Part shown: positions 38,221-49,140 of the stretch, piece by piece
Numbering within the stretch: the stretch's first letter is position 1
Layout of the letters: each line of letters begins with the position of its first letter
Assembly (NCBI GenBank): GCA_002269645.1
Contig: NIVC01002634.1
Coordinates: forward strand, 5,149 to 69,148
Direction of reading: 5' to 3'
Source: Macrostomum lignano
Taxonomy: Eukaryota
DNA: 64,000 nt
Translations under genes and position numbers: made by a program
Notes under the pieces: generated by a model
Seen by the model: only the letters and a program-made list of their open reading frames with translations
Databases searched by the model: none
What the model was told of the DNA's origin: nothing

Positions 38221-39787
38221 GAGGCATGCCTCTTCTCTCGTGACAGATCTGACCGTCAACGAAACCCCAGCCTTACCCTCCGGGGCCAACAGATTCTTTT
38301 CAAGCAGGAGATTAAGTTTCTCGGAATCTGGATTGACCAAGGTCTGCTATTCGAAAAGCAAACTGACTCCGTCAGGGAGAAAATGTTTCGCCGAGCTGCC
38401 ATTCTCCGTGCCCTAGCCCACCGTGAATGGGGCTGGGATCGCAAGCTACTGCTGCGAGTCTACCGGGCTCTTGTGGAATCCGTCGTGTGCCACGCCGCCG
38501 CGGCTTGGACGCCCTGGCTATCTGCGACCCGTCTCAACGCCATCGACCGTGCCCAGCGCGAGGCCCTCCGGGTTGTCACTGGTCTCCCTCGCTCGACACC
38601 GGTTGAGGCCATCTACTTTGAGTCGGGAATCCTTCCCATCAGCCTCGAAGCCCGCCGAAGATCGCTACTTGCGGTTGAGAAAGCGCTCCGCAGACCCCCC
38701 CCCCCACCCCCGACGACCCCTTCTGGCAGCTTTGCGAGCGCCGCCAGGACACCCGGCTTTCTGCCAACCGTGGCCTCCGCGAACAAGCTAGACGAATCAC
38801 CGATGAGCTCCTTGGCGGACATTGCCTTGCTAACAGCCACATCCGGCTCCCACCCTGGAACTCTTTGGCCGACGCCGGAGTGCGCATGTTCACTAAGCTG
38901 CTGTTCGAGCCACTTGAAACCGACGCCGTCCAGGCGGTCCAAGCCACCACGACCGCGCGCTGCCCGAACGCCGCCACTTACTTCACCGACGGATCCGTCT
39001 CGGGTGGCGTTAAAAACGGAGGCGCGGCCTGGATTCTCTTGAGCCAGGACGGCTCTATCAGCCGGAGCGGGCGAGTGGCCGCGGGCCGCTGGTGCAGCTC
39101 CTTTGAGGCTGAACTCATCGCCATCTTCCAGGCGCTAAGCGACATCACTGCCAACCCCCCGAAAGAGGCTGCCATTCTCACCGACAGCCAGAGCGCCATC
39201 GCGGTTCTAAAATCCGATCGTCCATCCACTAACCCGCTCGTGGAGAGCGTTAAGAATGCCTTTACACCGCCGCCCGTCGTTCGAAGATCATCCTGCAGTG
39301 GGTGCCCGGGCACGCCGGAATCCCCGGAAACGAACTTGTGGATGCCGAGGCCAAACTAGCGGCCACGCTGCCTCAGGAACATGTCGGCATCACCCTGGAT
39401 TCGGCGAGGGCCCGCATCCGAGGGGCTGTTAATTACTCGCCCAACATGACAGGCCACCTGTTTGAGGTCTATGGCCAAAAGATTACGATGCATGAGAGCC
39501 CGCACAGACAACAGGTCCTGGTCTCGCAGGTCAGCCCCAGCAGCTAATCGCCGGGCACTGTCCTGCATCGACCTACTACCGCAACCGCATTAGCATTGAG
39601 GTCGGGGGCAACTGCCGTCTCTGCGCGGAAGAGGTTGATCAGTACCACCTCCTCAACTGCCCGGCCCTGGACGTCCAACGCCGTACTCACTGCATTACCG
39701 AAATGTGTCAACTCGCTCGCTCAGACGCAGTGGCGCTTCTCCTAGGGGCCATCGGTTGGTGTCCCCTTTAGGAGAGGCTCACCGCAT

Positions 39788-39985
39788 TCAACAACAACAA
39801 AAGCAACAACAACAACAACAAAATACGCGACCCAGCATGCACAGTCACAGTTAGAGCAGGGCACGTCAGATGGCGCGCCGCAGAGCCTGGGAGCGAATAA
39901 AGTCCGCTCCGTTGGCAGTGTCGGGCGCCCCAGCGTCGCACAGCAGGCAGTCCACGTATCGGCGGGTTCGGGCCTGACCCCGCCT
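39788..39985 (-). mobile_element. RTE 3' end (RRGQARTRRYVDCLLCDAG...ALRRAI*, 3' UTR, (TTG)n tail), inverted relative to the RTE body
   Basis: Minus-strand translation continues in frame from ...LTLQGPFR at 47376, sharing AGG. Confidence 0.85.
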
Positions 39986-41819
39986 TCTTCGCCGGCATCG
40001 TGAACGCGCCCGCGTCGCCGCTGCCCGCTAGCTTTGCGCTCCCACTGGACACGCCGCTCCCAGCTGAGGAGGATATCTGCACCAGACCAGTCACCACGCA
40101 GGACGTTGTGCTGTACGCGCGGAAAACATCAGGCGGCAAGGCGCTCGGCCCCGACGAAGTCCCGGTCGAAGCGCTGCGGCTCCGCTGTGTGGCCTCCCAG
40201 GTCACAGGCGTCATGAACCGCGTGCCCGCCGGCGCTCCTGCGCCTACCGAGTGGACCGTCGCGCACATCGTGCCGATCCCGATGAAGGCAGGGACAACGC
40301 GGAAAGAAGACCACCGCGGGATCTCGCTGATGTCCTGCACCGCGAAGCTCTTCAACCGGCTGCTGCTCGATCGTCTGCAGTCGGTGCTGGACCCGTACCT
40401 GCGGTACGAGCAGAACGGATTCCGGCCGCAACGCGGTACAGTGACACAGATCCTCGCACTCCGCCGTGTCATCGAGGAGGCGCGCATCCGCCAGTCTACG
40501 CTGATCATTGTCTTCGTTGACTTTCGAAAGGCGTTTGACTCAGTGTTGAGAGCCGCGCTTCCCTTTGTCCTTCGAGCCTAGCGGGTACCCCAGCAGCTAA
40601 TCGACGCTGTCATGGTGCTATATTGCGATACTCGAGCTGCTGTGGTGACGGGGGACGGCCTGTCTGACCTGTTCGATACTTCATCAGGAGTTCTGCACGG
40701 CGACACGCTAGCTCCGTTCCTCTTCGTGCTGCTGCTGGACTGGGTGCTTCGGACCTCACTCCCCACGGCTAATGACGGCTTCCTGCTGCGCAGACGCATC
40801 GATCGCCGCCACGGCGGAAAGCGCCTAGGCGTGCTTGGCTACGCCGACGACCTCGCCCTCCTGTCCTCGTCCGTTGAAGGCGCCCAGCGCCAGATCGACA
40901 GGCTGGTCGAGGTGGCATCGAGCGTCGGTCTGATCGTCAACACGCTGAAGACCGAGGTGCTGACTGTGCCGGCCGACATCCCAGCGGACCTGACGTGCCG
41001 CGGCGCAGAAGGGCAGACGACCAGGCTTGCATGCTGCAAGCGGTTCACCTACCTCGGCGGTCTGGTGCCCCACGTGGAAGAGGACCTCCGGCGGCGCAGA
41101 GGACTTGCCTGGGCGGCCTTTCGTTCGATCCGAGCCGTCCTCCAGTCCGAAGCGCTGCCCGACCGCCAGAGGGCTCGGCTGTGGCAGGCGGTGGTCGAAA
41201 CCGTCCTGCTCTACAACGCCGAGACGTGGACGCTGACGGCTACGCTAGAGCGGTAGCTGGACTCGGCGCACTCAGGGCTGCTCCGAGAGCTGACGAGAGT
41301 GCACGCGAAGGCGTATTCAGCATGCCAGTGAAGTATGAGACAGACCAGGCCTTTGGGCTAAGGTCTGCGATGCTTCACGCCTGCCCCTATCTTTAGCAGG
41401 TCAAGGCTGGTGGGAGGTCTGCACCCTCTATTTGCCTCTGGCAGCCGCAGACCCCCCCCCCACGCTGTCTCGCAAGTCGACCCAGGGTACTCGTCCCCGC
41501 GTGTGTTCAAGGCAGACCCTAGGGCTGCTGGACAGACTGGGCTCCGGCGCTGGCGACCCTATCCAGTGGCTTCGGCCGAATTTGGGTATGCGGGTCTGGC
41601 TCGCCGACCTGCAGGCCGTGGTACTGCTCAACGTACTCTCTAATGCCTAAGGTGTTGACCGTGCCGATGGGCTGGAAGGCCGGGGAGTAGTCCGGTCGCA
41701 AGCGGTCCCCCTCCTGGTGTCGGGCCAGCCTTGAGGGTTCGATTGGCCTACTGCCCGGTCAGGTGGAGCGGCCGGGTGGGTACCGCGCCCCTTTGAGGGT
41801 AGCCCACCAACCTTTTATC

Positions 41820-43328
41820 ATGGCCTTCGAGCCGACTATGGATAAACAAGCTATTTCTAGGGACGGGGACCCTTCTAAACCCCAACCTCAGTCCGAAGGA
41901 CCGGCCGGCCCTGCTGGCAGATCCCAACCGACTGATTCAACTGTGGCAAAGGAAGGACCGGCTGGCTCTGCTGGCAGATCCGACCAGAGCTACCAAACTC
42001 AAAATACCCAAAGACCTGCCAGCTCCGCTGGTGGATCTAAGGGAACCGCGAGCTCTGAGCCTAAAGGACCGGCCAAATCTGGCAGATCCGATGAAGCTCA
42101 GCGGGCTCGGCTTGAGCGCAAACGCGCTAAACAACGCGCCAAAAGGCAGGCCAAGAAGGGAGCTGCGGGGGCCAAAGCGGCGGCGTCCACCATGGATGCT
42201 GAAGCGACTGGAGTCCCAAGGCAACCAGGCGGGCCGGCCGGTGGAAGCTCCAGTAGTTCAGCGGCGGCGCTCCCTGGAGCTGCTGCCGCGGCTGCTGAGG
42301 CCGAAACCACGGCGCAACAAATGGCCACTGCCAACAAGGAGGTTCCTTCGGGAGCTACCTTTGCGGCGAAGGCCAAGGCCAAAATCCCGGGAGTGATCAT
42401 CCAAGGTCGCGACCAGGACTGGACCACTGATCAGCTTCAAAAAGTGTGGAGTGCTGTTGACTCCTATCTGATTGAGCTGACTGTCGAGGAGGGAATCTCC
42501 ATCGGCATTGAGCGGATGGTGCTGCGAAGCACATTCGTTCTTATTGCTCCTAGCAGCGAGGAGGACGCTCGGCGGCTGCTCCAGCGGCTGCCGACGGTCT
42601 CCTTGGATGCTGACCTTGGCGGAGCTCTTTTTCTTCGCGAGGGCCAGCGTCCAAAGACGATACCCTACGTGGTTTTCGTCCCTGCTAAGAGCACCGCAGC
42701 TGGACCACCTGACGTTATCCGCCGGGTCCTACTGCGTCTGAACCCCGACCTCCCTGCTAGTGGACTGGTGTATCACCGCCGAGTCCGCAGGGGGGAGACG
42801 GGCAACTCAATTGTCCTCGGCCTTTCCAGCACTTGGGCGAGTCGGTACCCTAATGGATCCTCTTTCCAGCTGGGTGCCCTCAAGCTCAAGATGCGCCGAG
42901 GAAAGTCTGCCAAAGGGAAGGCTACTGCCAACCCCGGCATCTCCGGCAAGAGCGGGGCGCAGTCTAAGGCCCAAGGAAAGGCGCAAGCCGATCCCAAAGC
43001 CAAAGCTGTGTCTCGCCCCTCTGCTAGCAGCAGTTCGGCAACCGCGGTAACGGCTCCGGCCAAGCCCCGGGAACCAAATCTGCCAGTCGGAGAAGGAGTT
43101 GAGGACGAGGCCGGGTCTTCGGAATCCGAGCTCTCCTCGGCCACCCTGGTGGGGTCTGAAGGTAAAGATGCAGATGAGGAAGCTTCCTCCATCCTGTCGT
43201 CGGAGCCTGAGGACTCTGCTGGGGGGGCCGGTGGGGGTGAGGAGGCCATGGACGTCGACCAACTCCCATCTCCCAGTCAAGCCCCAGCGGCCTGGGACGA
43301 GGACGATCTGTTGTCCAAGTCTCCTTGA
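41820..43328 (+). CDS. ORF1 of family-3 element, open
   Basis: ATG at 41820; low-complexity N-terminus, basic stretch, globular core aligning with family-1 ORF1, acidic tail ending LLSKSP*. Confidence 0.8.
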   Translation: MAFEPTMDKQAISRDGDPSKPQPQSEGPAGPAGRSQPTDSTVAKEGPAGSAGRSDQSYQTQNTQRPASSAGGSKGTASSEPKGPAKSGRSDEAQRARLERKRAKQRAKRQAKKGAAGAKAAASTMDAEATGVPRQPGGPAGGSSSSSAAALPGAAAAAAEAETTAQQMATANKEVPSGATFAAKAKAKIPGVIIQGRDQDWTTDQLQKVWSAVDSYLIELTVEEGISIGIERMVLRSTFVLIAPSSEEDARRLLQRLPTVSLDADLGGALFLREGQRPKTIPYVVFVPAKSTAAGPPDVIRRVLLRLNPDLPASGLVYHRRVRRGETGNSIVLGLSSTWASRYPNGSSFQLGALKLKMRRGKSAKGKATANPGISGKSGAQSKAQGKAQADPKAKAVSRPSASSSSATAVTAPAKPREPNLPVGEGVEDEAGSSESELSSATLVGSEGKDADEEASSILSSEPEDSAGGAGGGEEAMDVDQLPSPSQAPAAWDEDDLLSKSP

Positions 43329-43367
43329 TGGCCCTGGGCTCTAGCCAGACATTGCATTTAATACAGT

Positions 43368-46300
43368 ATGACTAAGCTCCACGCTGCCAAAGGAGCGACA
43401 TTCTGTCTGCAAATAAATCTACAGCATTGCGTATCTGCGTCAGTAAATCTGATGAAGATTGCTGAGCTGTACAGGCCAGGCCTCATCCTGATCCAGGAAC
43501 CCTGGATGCGCAACGGTAAGTTGCCCAACATTCCCTCTGGCTACTCTGATTTTTATGTGTGTGGCCCGGGGAACAGCCGCCCTAGAGCGGCTATCCTCGC
43601 TGCTAGCCATCTCCAGGCTTGGCTGAGGACTGATCTCTCTGATGGAGACCTTTGCGTCATCCAATCTAATCATTTCTCTCCGCGTACGTGTCTTGTTGCC
43701 TCGGTTTATATCCCAGGCGACAGAGACCCTGCTCCCGAGAGTTTACTGCGCCTTGCGCAGTACTGCCAGTCCCAGAACGCTGAGCTGTGCTTAGGGGGCG
43801 ACCTCAACGCGCACCACAAGCACTGGGGCAGCAAAGATACCAACACTAGAGGAGAGGAGCTTCTGGCCCTCATCTCTAACACAAACCTCATGCTCTGCAA
43901 CCGCGGCAGCACTCCTACCTTTAATAATGGCAGATGGACCGAGGTCCTCGACGCCACACTCGTTACCCCAAGACTCTTTGACAGAGTTGAGGAGTGGAGA
44001 GTCTGGTCTGAGGAGCCCTCCCTGTCTGACCACTGCTTTATCGCCTTTAACATCGCGGACACTAAAACCCAGTCTCCGATCACTTGGAGGCGCAATATCC
44101 GCAACACTGATTGGGCGGCCTACAAGGCTGCCCTTGATCTGCACCTGCAGGAACTCACGGACTTACGTCCGATTGAGACCTGCGAGGATGTGGATCATAT
44201 GGCTGAGACGCTGACAGGTTGCATTATTGCAGCCTACGAAGCGGCTTGTCCTGCTCGCGCCTACAAAGGCAAGACCTCGGCGCCGTGGTGGAACCCGGAG
44301 CTGGGGAAACTCAGGCGGAAGGCCAAAAGCCTTCATCGCCGTGCCATGAAGACCGGAAACCCGGAGGACATGGAGCTTTTCCGGCAAGCCTCCCGCAATT
44401 TCAAATCTGAAGTGCGCAAGGCCAAGGAATGTAAGTGGCGCCAATTCTGCAATGAATTGGATCAAGACAGACCTACTTCTAGGCTTGTCAAGGCCCTTAC
44501 AATGGACAAAATGTCCAAATTAGCCATGATCAAAAAAGATGATGGCTCTCTTACTAAAGACCCTGAAGAAGTGCTTCAGCATATGCTTAGCACATTCTTC
44601 CCGAGGGTACCTACTGCTAGACCTGAGCCCAACCATTGGATGGATGGAGCCACCCTAGCGGCGGGCATTGTCACTGAAGACCTAATCGCACGTGCGGTCA
44701 GAACCTTCAAACCCTTCAAATCTCCTGGACCTGATGGTATCTACCCTGTTCTCCTTCGTGAAGCAGCCAAGATACCCTCGTTCCTGAGACTCACCCGCAA
44801 TCTTATGCGGGCCTCTATCCAGCTGGGATACGTTCCCAAATGCTGGACTGAAGCTCGAGTAGTCTTTATTCCCAAACCTGGGAAGGGTGACTACCAAAGC
44901 GTCAAGGCCTTCCGGCCTATTAGCTTAACGTCAGCAATGCTTAAGCTCACTGAGAGGCTTATTCTCTGGCGGCTGCTCTCCTGCGAGCTGACAGCGATGC
45001 CCCTCAGCAATAATCAGCACGCCTTCCGTACCGGGAGGTCGACTGACAGCGCCCTGCATGCGATTGTCGAGAAGATTGAACGGGCGGTACTGGGTGACGG
45101 TTACGCCCTGGCTCTCTTTCTTGACATTGTTGGCGCCTTCGACAACGTTATCTTTGAAGCGTTTCAGAGGGCCCTTCAAAATCGCAAAGCTCATGCTACC
45201 CTCATACGGTGGATCATGTACATGATCTCCAACCGTACGGTCACTGCCCAACTTCTTGGGAAACTGCCTCCACCAGAGTCTGTAAGGGTGGACCCCAAGG
45301 CGGAGTCCTCACCCCGACGCTCTGGAACCTGGTCATGGACGCTCTTCTGAGTGACTCCCGACCCGACCCCGTCTTCAAAGTCGGGTATGCTGATGACGTC
45401 ACGGCCATTGTGGCAGGACCGTCTCCCAGCACGCTCAGGGATCTGATGCAGAGCTTTATCCGCAAAGCAGAATCCTGGGCCAATGACAATGGTCTGGAAC
45501 TCTCTGAGCCCAAAACCGTTGCCATTATGTTTACCAGCAGACTACGCTGGAACATACGTCCTCTGCAGCTCTACGGCAGAGATATTGCCTTCGCGCACCA
45601 GACCAGATGTCTCGGGGTCACACTTGACCACCGGCTCAACTGGTCCTTCCACGTGAAAGCAAAAGCCAAGCGTGCCTCAGCCATCCTGGCCCAGCTCCGA
45701 CGAGCACTTGGCACTTCTTGGGGTCTATCCCCAAAGCGGCTTTGGTGGATCTATACTTCCGTAGTTAGACCTGCCATTACGTACGCCTCTGTCGTCTGAG
45801 TTAGCGCTACCCAGGTCAAAAGCCATGCAGACCTGCTTAACACGATCCAAGGCAGAGCGTGTAGGCTCATCTGCAACGCCACCAGGTCCACGCCCTTTGC
45901 TGGCATGGGGGCCTTCCTTAATCTACCGCCTCTTGACCTCTTCGTCAGGGGTGAGGCGGCTAGAACGATGCGGCGTCTAATTGATGCCGGCTTCAAATTC
46001 ATTTACATGAGAGCACCTGCTAAGCGGAACCTTGTCCCGCATAGCGACCTGTGCCTCAACTTTCTCAACGAGTGTCAGGCCAATCGCGTCTTCACCGATC
46101 GCATTGCCTCAACGCTCAACCTGAGACAGCGCTACTCCGTAGCTATCGACTCGCGCGATAACATCAATGACCAATGTAACCTTGGTGAGCTTCATTGCTA
46201 CACCGACGGTTCTAAGCAGTCAGCCAACACCGGCTTTGGTGTTGGAATCTTTCTGAACGGGAGGTCATCGCTACCCACGCTCAATACACTGGGGTCAACT

Positions 46301-47106
46301 CCAGTGTTTTCCAAAATGAAGTTCTGGCCATCAGCTCCTGCACTGCAGAGCTTCTCGCCACTGGCGTTACTGGTAAGAACATCATTTTCCATTCGGACAG
46401 CCAAGCTGCCTTGCACGCCATCAGTGGCTGCAGCACCAACTCTGCTACAGTCCTCGACTGTATCAAACTCCTCAACGTGTTGGGTTCCACCAACAAAATT
46501 ACCCTTAAGTGGGTTCCGGGGCATGTGGGGATCCGAGGAAATGAGTTGGCTGACACCCTTGCAAAAGTTGGTGCCTCCGGCTCCTCTCTCGGCCCCGAAC
46601 CCCTTGTCCCGATTCCTGGCTGTGTCATCGACTCGCGCATCAAAGCGTGGATCAGGACCCAGCACCGCTCGACTTGGGCGAACTGCACTACCTGCAGGCA
46701 ATCCAGAGGCGCTGTCCCTCAGCCCTCTCACCAGCTCCGGAAGCTCCTCTTGCGCCTCTCGCGCAGAGACATCCGGGCTGCCACCATGACCCTCTCTGGT
46801 CACGGCTGCTTCTCCAGGCACCAGTACCTGCAGGGCAACGCCACCAACGCCACCTGTAGTTTCTGCAACTCAGGTGACGAAACCGCTGAGCATTTCGTCA
46901 GCATCTGTCCCGCCTTCACGCGGGCCAGACTCACTTACCTCGGGCCACACACATCTATTACTGAAGCGTGCAAACCCGAAAACTTTAATCAGCTCATGCG
47001 CTACCTTCGGGCCACCCGCAGGGCTGAACTCTCCTTTCCAGAGAGCACTATAGCTGCTGGCGACACTGGGGGACCTCCCTGGGCGGCGCCAACCCTCCGT
47101 CCATAG
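43368..47106 (+). pseudogene. ORF2 of family-3 element (APE-RT-RNase H-CCHC), with frameshifts and a probable TGG>TGA nonsense at 45797
   Basis: Pieces 43368-45350, 45209-45799, 45905-about 46260 and 46411-47106 are collinear with families 1 and 2. Confidence 0.88.
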
Positions 47107-49140
47107 CGACGCGTCGGCCGTTCAGGGACTAGCGGAATGGGCGCCCGCGCCTTCCCGCTGTGTCCCCTCCGGGACAGCCCTGCAGCTAAGTCAAGTAAGT
47201 CAAGCTGACGAGAGCGTCGGGACCGAGGCCCTGTATGATCGGGCCAAGCTGCAGCGCCCGTCTATCATCCTGCGCCGGCGGTGACTTCAACTGGCGGGTT
47301 ACGTGATCCGGGCCTAGGGCTACTGCCCCAACCTGTTCAGGACGTCCTGCTGCTCACCTTGCAGGGTCCGTTCAGGTTGCTAAGGTAAAAACATTTTTTG
47401 TTTTATCGTATGCAAGTTTTTTATTAGTTTGAAAATGCAATACCCGAAGTATTTAGAGACAAATTGATTTTTAACTAGTATTATTGGTTCATTGAGTTTA
47501 ATTAAACCTATTTTTTTCATCTTAAAATTTAACTTGAACTGTCATAGATCATCCGAGGAATTCTAAATCTAGCAACTGGAATGACAACTAAAATATCAGC
47601 TATACAAGATGAGGCCAAGATTAGAGATTGCAAGCGTGCGACGTAAACACAGAGTATTTAAAAAAAAGGATCGTATTTCAAAGTATATTTCCGAAACAAT
47701 AACAAAAGCAGAGGAATGAAACGCGACACAAGAAGACGTTGAAATTATATCAATTTCTAGATGTAACAAGTAGGCACGAGTATTTCAAGCAAGCAAAGCA
47801 AGAGTAGATGGCTTATAAACTGTATTGAGAAACTGTAACAAAGAGTAAACAAAAAGAAACGAAAACTGCAAGCAAAATTCAGAAATGTCTGGCAAGCAAA
47901 GAAAGAACACAGCAATAAAACTAAATGAATCTCACTTTTGCCAGGCCAGTTACGCCAGTCTGGCTATACGCAAAATTGTTAGCGGGCACCACGCATCAAA
48001 ATCAATCTCTCGTCAACTTCCTCTTCACTTTGTTTGCTTTGTCTCAGCTTGATTGATCCGCTTTGTTAGCATCTTGGACATGCAATTAAAAAACCTGTTG
48101 ATGATCTCGCGGACCGGATCATGGCCAGCGGTGCAGTGTGTCCTACCATGCTACCAAATGGAAAGTCACCATGATCTGTCAGCACGAGGTCCATCACGAG
48201 ATAAAATGTCTCCCTTTGATTGGAAGATGCTGATTCTTCTTAGTGGCAATCTAAGTTGATGCGGTAAACAAAATCCTGTGTCTGTGGCAGTCGCAGTAAG
48301 CCTCATCTTGTATAAAAAAGTCCTCACCGCTACTTCAGTTGTCAATCCAGTAGGATTTAGAATTCCTTGGATCATCTGTTACAGATTTCAGTATAATTGT
48401 GAAGAGAATTTGGCCAGTTCTAGGGTGTAGAATATTGAAAATATTCTAGGGTGAAAAAAATCCGCGCATGTGTCGTCTATAATACAATGGTTGAGTTAGG
48501 CCCCTAGCTAGCCCCCTACTCGATTCTTGATTCATATAATTAAGTATATAAAAATATTAGGGCACTCTCTATTACCATTAAATCTTTCATTTTTCTTCCT
48601 TTGCTCAGCCCAGTCACTGATCCAACAATTGACAATGATCTGAAAAGTGAAGCATAGTTCATGTATATAACTTTGGCCGATCGGTTTTTACCGACGTTAA
48701 ACCGACGTTAAAATGTACATAGAGGGGGTGGGGTGGCTGCACACTGATGACAAATAGAATGGGGTGGCTGACAGGGAAATCCCCAAGGCCACCACAAGGC
48801 GCCTTACCAATAAAAAGCAAGGCAAACTAAGCAAGTGGCGTGATTCTGCATTGAGGACTCACTCGACACTCCTTACCTCTGTCTCTGTGCGCAACTACAT
48901 GTATATACTGTTTGCATTTAAATACATTGCCGACGTAATTTTTTTCGACGCTAACTTTTCATCTTTAAATACACTGCTGATGTAAGGGATAGCGACGTTC
49001 GCCAGCCGACTTTTGCGAGACGACGTTCGCCATCAGACGTTTGCCAGCCGACGTTTGCCAGCCGGACATTAGTGTGCGGCAATGGGTTAAAGAATTATGC
49101 CCTCTCTAGGCTTACATGTACTTGCATTTGAAAACTGCTA

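Larger units (their letters stand above)
34903..39788 (+). mobile_element. Ingi-like (I-group) non-LTR retrotransposon: 2A peptide, two PHD-like fingers, APE, RT, RNase H, C-terminal Cys motif; degenerate
   Basis: IIQWNADG/VIAVQESKL (APE), YRPVSLTS, VPQGAVSSP, YADD, YFTDGS, LTDSQSA, WVPGHAGIPGNELVD, CRLC..HLLNC; flanked by (CAA)n on both sides; clade is a best guess. Confidence 0.8.
41300..47202 (+). mobile_element. Full-length LOA-like element, family 3
   Basis: 12-bp TSD AGCTGACGAGAG at 41288-41299 and 47203-47214; (TAAGTCAAG)n tail; 5' UTR motifs shared with 17249-17515. Confidence 0.92.
39985..47376 (+). mobile_element. RTE-clade LINE body (RT), degenerate, interrupted at 41300-47202 by a LOA element
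   Basis: KALGPD, HRGISL, VDFRKAFDSV, GDTLAPFLF, YADDLALL; in-frame stops at 40579 and 41254; resumes at 47203 with ESVGTEALYDRAKLQRPSIILRRR. Confidence 0.88.
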
